Assembly: GCA_015068345.1 (NCBI GenBank)
Contig: SVKS01000002.1
Location: forward strand, 5,569 to 69,568
DNA length: 64,000 nucleotides
Direction of reading: 5' to 3'
Source of the DNA: Oscillospiraceae bacterium
GTDB taxonomy: Bacteria > Bacillota > Clostridia > Oscillospirales > QAMX01
Below are positions 58,958-64,000 of the stretch, one piece after another. The notes below the pieces were generated by a model, which was not told the DNA's origin, searched no databases, and saw nothing but the letters and a program-made list of their open reading frames with translations. Position numbers and translations under genes: made by a program. Numbering within the stretch: position 1 is the first letter of the stretch; every line of letters begins with the position of its first letter.

Positions 58958-59001
58958 GGACTCTGCTACGGGAATTATCCCGAAAGCAGAGTCTTTTTTT
59001 G
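58958..59001. terminator. Terminator after ABC operon (also downstream of the thiT fragment)
   Basis: GGACTCTGCT / AGCAGAGTC stem followed by TTTTTTT; A-run upstream. Confidence 0.75.
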
Positions 59002-59005
59002 TTCT

Positions 59006-59176
59006 TTATTTCTTTGCCAGTCTCATCACGGCGGGGGTGATCATCAGCATCAGAACCACCGTAATGAGCAGCTCGCCGGCCATGTAGCCGCCGTTATAGA
59101 GGAAGGAATAGAGCCATACGGGGGTTCCCTCCGGTGCGTAGATGTCCCAGATCAGGATGCCGCTGGCAAAGTGGCA
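59006..59176 (-). pseudogene. thiT: Displaced 3' fragment of a thiT (ECF thiamine S-component) gene
   Basis: Encodes ..CHFASGILIWDIYAPEGTPVWLYSFLYNGGYMAGELLITVVLMLMITPAVMRLAKK*, matching the C-terminus of 61630..62193. 59046..59176 is 126/131 identical to 61670..61800. Similarity ends abruptly at 59176. Confidence 0.85.
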
Positions 59177-59529
59177 AGGTCTATAATAAAAACCAAAAAA
59201 ACAAATGAAAAATAATGTAAAAATAGGAATAGTGAACAAAAATTACGAATATTGAGAAGAAAAATATATGAATGTTGCAAATTGCAACCGAAAGAAAAAT
59301 GTGATAAAATGTGGTTGCTGGAAGTTGGCAACCATTTATGGGAAAGTGGCAATTCTAAGGAGGGAAGGAAGTAATTGCCCGATTCCTTTCATTAGCAAGT
59401 TTTTTTCTCCATCCTTATAAAGTGGTAGACAAGATTGTTAGTACTAACGCTATCTTATTTCCGAGTTGGGCTTGATAGTGAAGCTGTAGTATCATCAATA
59501 TTGATAATGCAAAAAAGTAAGGAGTACTT

Positions 59530-60165
59530 ATGGGAAATATGGCAACTAAGAAAATATCTATTTTTTGTATGATTTTCTTTATTCTTTCCTTGATTGGGAG
59601 CCCAGTAGAGGCAACTACTTATGGGGCAAGAGCATATAATAGCAATTCATCTTCTTCTGTTAATTGTGCGGGATATGCTTTTGGATATAATGCTTGGTAT
59701 GGCTTTGATATTTATACGAATTCTAATATTGCAACATGGAATGCTTGTGATTCCCCAAGCGAACTGATGTCAGCAGTAAAGCAACAGATCAATGCCTACA
59801 TAGAAGCAAGAGCAACACTAAACAATATTCTCAGTAAAAAGAGTAGCTATTCTTACACAGTTGTTACTTCCTCACAATATAAAACTGTCTTTAAGTTGGC
59901 TTATCATGATACAGATGGGACAAATGGAATAAGTATAAATGCAGACGGCACAGGTGATAAATTTGATTTCCATTGGAGATTTCTTGCGTCCGATGGCAAA
60001 TGGTGCGAAAAGGTAGGTTATTCTTCATCAAGAATTTGTCCCAATAATGGTGGTACAAATGCAAATGGGATATCTCCTTTTACACTTATTTGGTATATGG
60101 GAACTTCGTCTTCTGGTTACCAATATAATTATCAAGGATATCATTATTTAAGAAGAGATTGGTAA
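59530..60165 (+). CDS. Secreted hypothetical protein (four Cys, N/S/T/G/Y-rich)
   Basis: AAGGAG 5 nt upstream of the ATG. Signal peptide MGNMATKKISIFCMIFFILSLIGSPVEA. Cys in VNCAGYAFG, WNACDSP, GKWCEKV, and SRICPNN. Aromatic tail YQYNYQGYHYLRRDW. Confidence 0.75.
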   Translation: MGNMATKKISIFCMIFFILSLIGSPVEATTYGARAYNSNSSSSVNCAGYAFGYNAWYGFDIYTNSNIATWNACDSPSELMSAVKQQINAYIEARATLNNILSKKSSYSYTVVTSSQYKTVFKLAYHDTDGTNGISINADGTGDKFDFHWRFLASDGKWCEKVGYSSSRICPNNGGTNANGISPFTLIWYMGTSSSGYQYNYQGYHYLRRDW

Positions 60166-60229
60166 TACTTTATTATGCTCATAATGTATAATACAACAGA
60201 AATAGCATTTGGAAAGGGGCAGGGTAAAG

Positions 60230-61564
60230 ATGCTGAAAAAAGGGTATTTATGGATTTCATTCGTCTTAATCACAGGGATCTTTCTGGTCTTTGCGGGATT
60301 TACTAAGAGCAACGTCATTCGGGTAGAATCGGATGACGTGAAGCGAAAAGTGGAAAGTATTACAGATAGTGGGAGTTATTCGTCGGACGACGTTAAAAAG
60401 CTGGAAGAAAGAATTCTCAATCATAAAGCAAAGCTAAAAACAGAGGTTTGGTATGGCGAGGAACTTCTTTCGGATATCCGCTTGAATGTGAATGGAACGT
60501 ATGCAGGCGGGAATATCGGCTACTACTGGCGATTCGTAAAGAATCAAATCGGACACTATCCAACCGAAAACGTCCGAAAAATGACCGACACGAAGGGTAC
60601 ATACTATTACTTGGTTTACCAATTGAATCATGGCGGTCGGCTTTTCCTTTTCAGCCGCGATGGCTTTGGCTATGGGTTCCCTGTTTATATGGAAAAGACG
60701 CTGGCGAAAAAGGATTTTGCGTCGCTTACTGTTGGGGATGATATGGAAAAGGTGGAAAAGATTGACCCGGCGTCGAAAAAAATGCGAGAGGCTTTTGAAA
60801 CAAGCCTTGGGAAAAAGGAGCCAATGGCTTTTATCCGGGATTGCGAAACGCTTGACGCCTATTATCCCTTTACCTCGGTGCACCTCCTTACCGATGGACT
60901 TTTGCTCATTGAATACGACGTGGTGGGAGAAGCGACAGAACGGCACTATGTTGTACGGGACATTCTGTGGAATGAGGAGTTTTTGATGCCGGACTTTGCT
61001 CCGATCTATATGGCAGACTATTATGCGGAAACAGGTATCAAGGTGGAAGCAAAACGTTACCCTATGAAGATACTTGAGCAGGATTATATAGGAGGAGAAA
61101 CCCCGGTTTCCTATGGGAAGATGCCGGAAAAAGAAACCGTTGTCTTGGCAGATGAAATAGAATGGGAAATCTCAATCCGGAACGAGAAAGAAGGGAAAAC
61201 GGAGGAAAGCATTTTGAGTCGCAGGAAGGCAGAGGAGATGGAGCTAAAAACGGTGATTGCTTCAAGATATGAAAAGAACAATCCGCAAGGGTCAATACAG
61301 ACAATCTTTGCACAAGGTATCACTGTTGAGACCTTGCTTCAAAGCATAAAGAGTGAGGGGGCAAAGGGAATAACGGTTCTTGATTCGACCGGAGCGAAGC
61401 ACAATATGGATTTACAGGAGATGGAAGCAGAGGATTGGATAATTGCCTGGGTAGAAAATAAACAATATGCCATGTCAGATAGTAAGACATATGTTGCATT
61501 TGTTAGGGATGGCGGGATGCCCGATCAATATATTGCTTCGGTGGAGTCCATTATGATTCATTGA
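60230..61564 (+). CDS. Membrane-anchored hypothetical protein (single N-terminal TM, large extracytoplasmic part)
   Basis: ORF 60209..61564; ATG 60230 (MLKKGYLWISFVLITGIFLVFAGF..). 444 aa. No motif recognised. Confidence 0.7.
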   Translation: MLKKGYLWISFVLITGIFLVFAGFTKSNVIRVESDDVKRKVESITDSGSYSSDDVKKLEERILNHKAKLKTEVWYGEELLSDIRLNVNGTYAGGNIGYYWRFVKNQIGHYPTENVRKMTDTKGTYYYLVYQLNHGGRLFLFSRDGFGYGFPVYMEKTLAKKDFASLTVGDDMEKVEKIDPASKKMREAFETSLGKKEPMAFIRDCETLDAYYPFTSVHLLTDGLLLIEYDVVGEATERHYVVRDILWNEEFLMPDFAPIYMADYYAETGIKVEAKRYPMKILEQDYIGGETPVSYGKMPEKETVVLADEIEWEISIRNEKEGKTEESILSRRKAEEMELKTVIASRYEKNNPQGSIQTIFAQGITVETLLQSIKSEGAKGITVLDSTGAKHNMDLQEMEAEDWIIAWVENKQYAMSDSKTYVAFVRDGGMPDQYIASVESIMIH

Positions 61565-61589
61565 TATAACATAATGTGCGGCAAAGGCA

Positions 61590-61632
61590 AAAAATTCCCC
61601 CGGATTCCCTGGAATCCGGGGGACGCTTTTTA
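61590..61632. terminator. Bidirectional terminator between island gene and thiT
   Basis: TCCCCCGGATTCC / GGAATCCGGGGGA stem. T-run on the minus strand (AAAAAA 61589..61594 on plus) and CGCTTTTT on the plus strand. Confidence 0.75.
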
Positions 61633-62193
61633 CTTTTTGGCGATTTTCAAAACGGATGGGGCCAAAAGGAGCATCAGAACCACCGTAATGATCAGCTCGC
61701 CGGCCATGTAGCCGCCGTTATAGAGGAAGGAATAGAGCCACACGGGGGTTCCCTCCGGGGCGTACACGTCCCAGATCAGGATGCCGCTGGCAAAGTGGCA
61801 CAGGAAACGGAGAATTACCACCGCCGACCCGGCCAAGGTAGCCGACAGGGCGGGCTTGAGCTTGCCAAAGGGTTTCCGGAACAGGTCCGCAAGGCCCAAT
61901 CCGCCAAATGCCACCACGTAGTCCAGCATGATTACCAGGAAGAAGGCCCAAACGGTGTTGGTGGGGGGCGGGTAGAAGCCCAGCATCATCTGGATCAGGC
62001 TGTAGGCAACCGAGCCGATCAGACCCCATTTGGTGCCAAAGAGCAGGGCAAAGAGGATGATGGGAACCATGCTCCCCAGGGTGATGGACCCGCCGTAGCT
62101 CCAGGCAGGCAGCGGGAGCTTCAGGAAGGAGAGGACGGTGGCAAGGGCCACCAGGACGGCGCCGGTGCAAAGCGCCTTCAGGTTGGTTTTCAT
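61630..62193 (-). CDS. thiT: ECF transporter S component for thiamine (ThiT)
   Basis: 187 aa with 6 TM segments. FLCHFASGILIWDVYAPEG...YSFLYNGGY parallels the recalled L. lactis ThiT FFHFIAGIIFWSQYA...YSLAVNG. Preceded by a TPP riboswitch. Confidence 0.85.
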   Translation of the reverse strand: MKTNLKALCTGAVLVALATVLSFLKLPLPAWSYGGSITLGSMVPIILFALLFGTKWGLIGSVAYSLIQMMLGFYPPPTNTVWAFFLVIMLDYVVAFGGLGLADLFRKPFGKLKPALSATLAGSAVVILRFLCHFASGILIWDVYAPEGTPVWLYSFLYNGGYMAGELIITVVLMLLLAPSVLKIAKK

Positions 62194-62241
62194 GAAAGAA
62201 AAACCCCTTTCAAAATGAGCTTGCCGGCAATGTCCCGAAAA

Positions 62242-62280
62242 TAAAAAACCGCAGAGTCTGCAAAAAAGACTCTGCGGTAA
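62242..62280 (-). terminator. Riboswitch expression-platform terminator upstream of thiT
   Basis: Minus strand ACCGCAGAGTC TTTTTTG CAGACTCTGCGGT followed by TTTTTT, located between the aptamer and the thiT RBS. Confidence 0.8.
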
Positions 62281-62295
62281 AAAATCGGAGCGTTT

Positions 62296-62398
62296 CTGTA
62301 CCGTTTCCTACGCCGGTATTATCCGGATCAGGTCAAAGGGTTCGGGGTGGGCAAAACCCCCCATCTCAGCCAACTCTGGTCAGCACCCCTGCAGCGAA
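62296..62398 (-). promoter_or_regulatory. TPP (THI-box) riboswitch
   Basis: Minus strand reads ..GGGGTGCTGACC..GGCTGAGA....ACCCTTTGACCTGATCCGGATAATACCGGCGTAGGAAA.., matching the TPP aptamer consensus (GGGGUGC, CUGAGA, ACCUGAUCYGGAUAAURCCRGCG). Confidence 0.9.
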
Positions 62399-62434
62399 GC
62401 CATTATAACACAAAAGAAGGCGGTTGTAAATCCC

Positions 62435-63208
62435 TTAATTTGCCGAATCGTCGTAAATTCTCTGGTACATTCCCTCGGCCAACACCGACGTAAAGGTAGC
62501 CTTTTCGTAGAAGAAGGTTAAGGGGCTGGTGTAAGCGTCCAGAATGGTATTGGCGTTGAAGTAGAGGGTGATGCCACCGTCCTGCAGGAAGAAGGCCGCC
62601 ACCGAAGCATCGGTCAGCGAAAGCTTGGAGAAATAGTCCTCCCCCATGTGTAAAGCCAGGTTTTGGTCGCTTTCCAGGGAGGCGATGATCAACTGGGCGG
62701 CACCGGCCAGGTTTGGAGTACCCAAAAGATCGGCCAGGGTCAAAATGGTCTGGTCGGCAATGGAGTAAAACACCGAACGGTATTCGGTGATGGGATCCTT
62801 GCCGGGATAGCGGATCTGGTAGGTCATCAATACCGAAACGTATTTGGCGGTGGCGTGGATGGAATAATCGCCGAACAGGACTCCCTTGCTGCCGTCTTCG
62901 GGCTTGTCCACTGTGGACATGGTGTCCTTGAAATCGTTGACAATCGACTCGGTCATGGTGTCCAAGAAGAAGTCGGCCTCCTCCATGCCAAGCACCGGGG
63001 TATGAATGCCTACGGTGTAGCGGTCGCTGTTATAAAGGGTGCTTTTGGTTTCGTATCCATCGCCGCCCTTGTGGGTGGAAACGTAGGCGTAAAGGTCGGC
63101 GGTATACACCTTGTCGGAGGTATCCCCTTCTGCGATTTTCAGGCAGGAGCATAGGGAAACCATCAAGCAGAATACCAAAAACAGAGGTAAAAGACGGGAA
63201 ATTTTCAT
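62435..63208 (-). CDS. Hypothetical lipoprotein (possibly DUF3298/DUF4163-like; tentative)
   Basis: ORF 62435..63232. ATG 63208 (MKISRLLPLFLVFCLMVSLCS|C lipobox). Confidence 0.6.
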   Translation of the reverse strand: MKISRLLPLFLVFCLMVSLCSCLKIAEGDTSDKVYTADLYAYVSTHKGGDGYETKSTLYNSDRYTVGIHTPVLGMEEADFFLDTMTESIVNDFKDTMSTVDKPEDGSKGVLFGDYSIHATAKYVSVLMTYQIRYPGKDPITEYRSVFYSIADQTILTLADLLGTPNLAGAAQLIIASLESDQNLALHMGEDYFSKLSLTDASVAAFFLQDGGITLYFNANTILDAYTSPLTFFYEKATFTSVLAEGMYQRIYDDSAN

Positions 63209-63228
63209 GGGAAAACCTTCTTTCATCG

Positions 63229-64000
63229 TCATTTTAACACGACGTTTGCCTCTCCCATCAGCCGGACCAAACCGGCAAGCAGGGCATCCGACAGCTCCAC
63301 AGGGAGCTCGGCAGAGGCGTACTTTTTTTCAGCTTCGTCGTAAAAGATCACGGGTGTTGTTCCCGAAAGGTAGGAGAGAAGCGAAATGACCCGATCCAGA
63401 TTGTGCCGATTGGCTTCTCCAAACCGCAGGTAGAGCTTATGGGGCTTTTCCCGGGGGGGAGGTGTGCCGACGGGGATGTCCTGCGTCTGGGGCGGCGGGG
63501 ACGCATCGGGGGTCTGGCGGGGTGTGGCGGGCCGGGGGGCATACCGCTTTTTTTCTGCCAGAGAGGGGGGCGTGGATGCCGGGGCGATTAGGTCGGCGAT
63601 CAGCTTGGGCTTTTCGTCTTCCCGTACCGTCAGCTTACCAAGCACCGCCACCGCATTGTCTGCCCGGACGTAGATGCCGCATTCCGAAAGGGTTCTGGAG
63701 AAACAGAGAATCTCCATGCTTCCGTCCACGTCCTCCAGGGTGATATAGGCCATGGCGGAACCCGATTTGGTGGTTTTGGTTTTGACGGCACCGATAATAC
63801 CCGCAATCAGCAGGGTTTCCCCATCCTGGAAGCGTTTGGAAGTCTCATAAAGAGTATCGGATTCCTCTTCGGCAGGGGCGTACTCCTTCAGGATCTCTCC
63901 GATGGAGACGGCTCCGGCGTTTTTCAGATTCTGGGTGTATTCCTGCATGGGATGACCTGAAAGGTAGAGACCGGTGGTCTCCTTTTCCATGGAAAGCAGG
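63229..64000 (-). CDS. dnaE: DNA polymerase III alpha subunit (DnaE-type), C-terminal part; continues beyond window
   Basis: EKETTGLYLSGHPM, OB-fold segment (LLIAGIIGAVKTKTTKSGSAMAYITLEDVDGSMEI). The frame is open to the window end. Confidence 0.8.
   Translation of the reverse strand, partial: LLSMEKETTGLYLSGHPMQEYTQNLKNAGAVSIGEILKEYAPAEEESDTLYETSKRFQDGETLLIAGIIGAVKTKTTKSGSAMAYITLEDVDGSMEILCFSRTLSECGIYVRADNAVAVLGKLTVREDEKPKLIADLIAPASTPPSLAEKKRYAPRPATPRQTPDASPPPQTQDIPVGTPPPREKPHKLYLRFGEANRHNLDRVISLLSYLSGTTPVIFYDEAEKKYASAELPVELSDALLAGLVRLMGEANVVLK

Larger units (their letters stand above)
59177..61767. mobile_element. AT-rich ~2.6-kb insertion in thiT, bracketed by a duplicated gene end; no recombinase (non-autonomous or decayed integrative element)
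   Basis: 33-bp identical core at both junctions (59144..59176 = 61768..61800). Hand-counted G+C is 14/60 to 26/60 per line inside versus 36/60 in flanking line 58501. Carries two unrecognised genes. Confidence 0.55.

Noticed and set aside
58985-59000. A 15-nt match (GCAGAGTCTTTTTTG) between the terminator after the ABC operon and the minus strand of the thiT riboswitch terminator (62246..62260).
   Set aside because: The match is short and partly a T-run, and the two occupy non-homologous positions (downstream of a gene end versus a 5' leader). It is most likely coincidence between two terminators.
59006-59352. ORFs 59006..59239 (77 aa) and 59152..59352 (66 aa) at the insertion junction.
   Set aside because: The first is a chimera of AT-rich junction DNA fused to the thiT 3' remnant. 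The second is a Phe/Leu-rich frame in very AT-rich DNA. Neither has an RBS. They are treated as a pseudogene fragment and noise.

Overview
All calls come from reading the sequence and ORF track and from recalled family motifs; no database search was run. The window is an origin-proximal chromosomal segment of a moderately GC-rich sporulating Firmicute, probably Clostridia. Sporulation genes spoIID, whiA and recX are present. Its backbone is the classical origin neighbourhood. On the minus strand: yfbR-like HD hydrolase, M16 peptidase, rnhA, gyrA, gyrB, remB (DUF370), recF, dnaN, dnaA. On the plus strand: rpmH, rnpA, yidD, yidC, jag, mnmE, mnmG, rsmG, noc. A B. subtilis-like oriC lies in the dnaA-dnaN spacer, with a DnaA-box array, DnaA-trio-like triplets and an AT-rich unwinding element. 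The left half carries further conserved blocks: secG; gdpP-rplI-dnaB; tilS-hpt-ftsH; rpsF-ssb-rpsR; recX-rimO-pgsA; maf(frameshifted)-mreC-mreD-PBP2-whiA; a five-gene tRNA operon (Gly, Arg, His, Gln, Lys); spoIID; citrate synthase; and nth. Accessory content comprises three paralogous solute-binding-protein-like lipoproteins with no adjacent permease, a sugar isomerase/GH43/DUF523 trio, two hypothetical genes, a MATE exporter and a three-gene ABC-2 transporter. The most unusual locus is at 59.0-61.8 kb. A roughly 2.6-kb AT-rich insertion sits inside the thiamine transporter gene thiT, which is controlled by a TPP riboswitch. The insertion is bracketed by a duplicated thiT 3' end with a 33-bp identical core, which looks like an integration footprint. 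It has no recombinase gene. It carries a two-gene cargo of unrecognised function: a secreted four-Cys protein and a membrane-anchored protein. A second notable feature is a dense DnaA-box cluster with an extra repeat family between the convergent genes nth and yfbR (35.16-35.34 kb), about 10 kb from oriC. No CRISPR array, rRNA, transposase or integrase gene was found.
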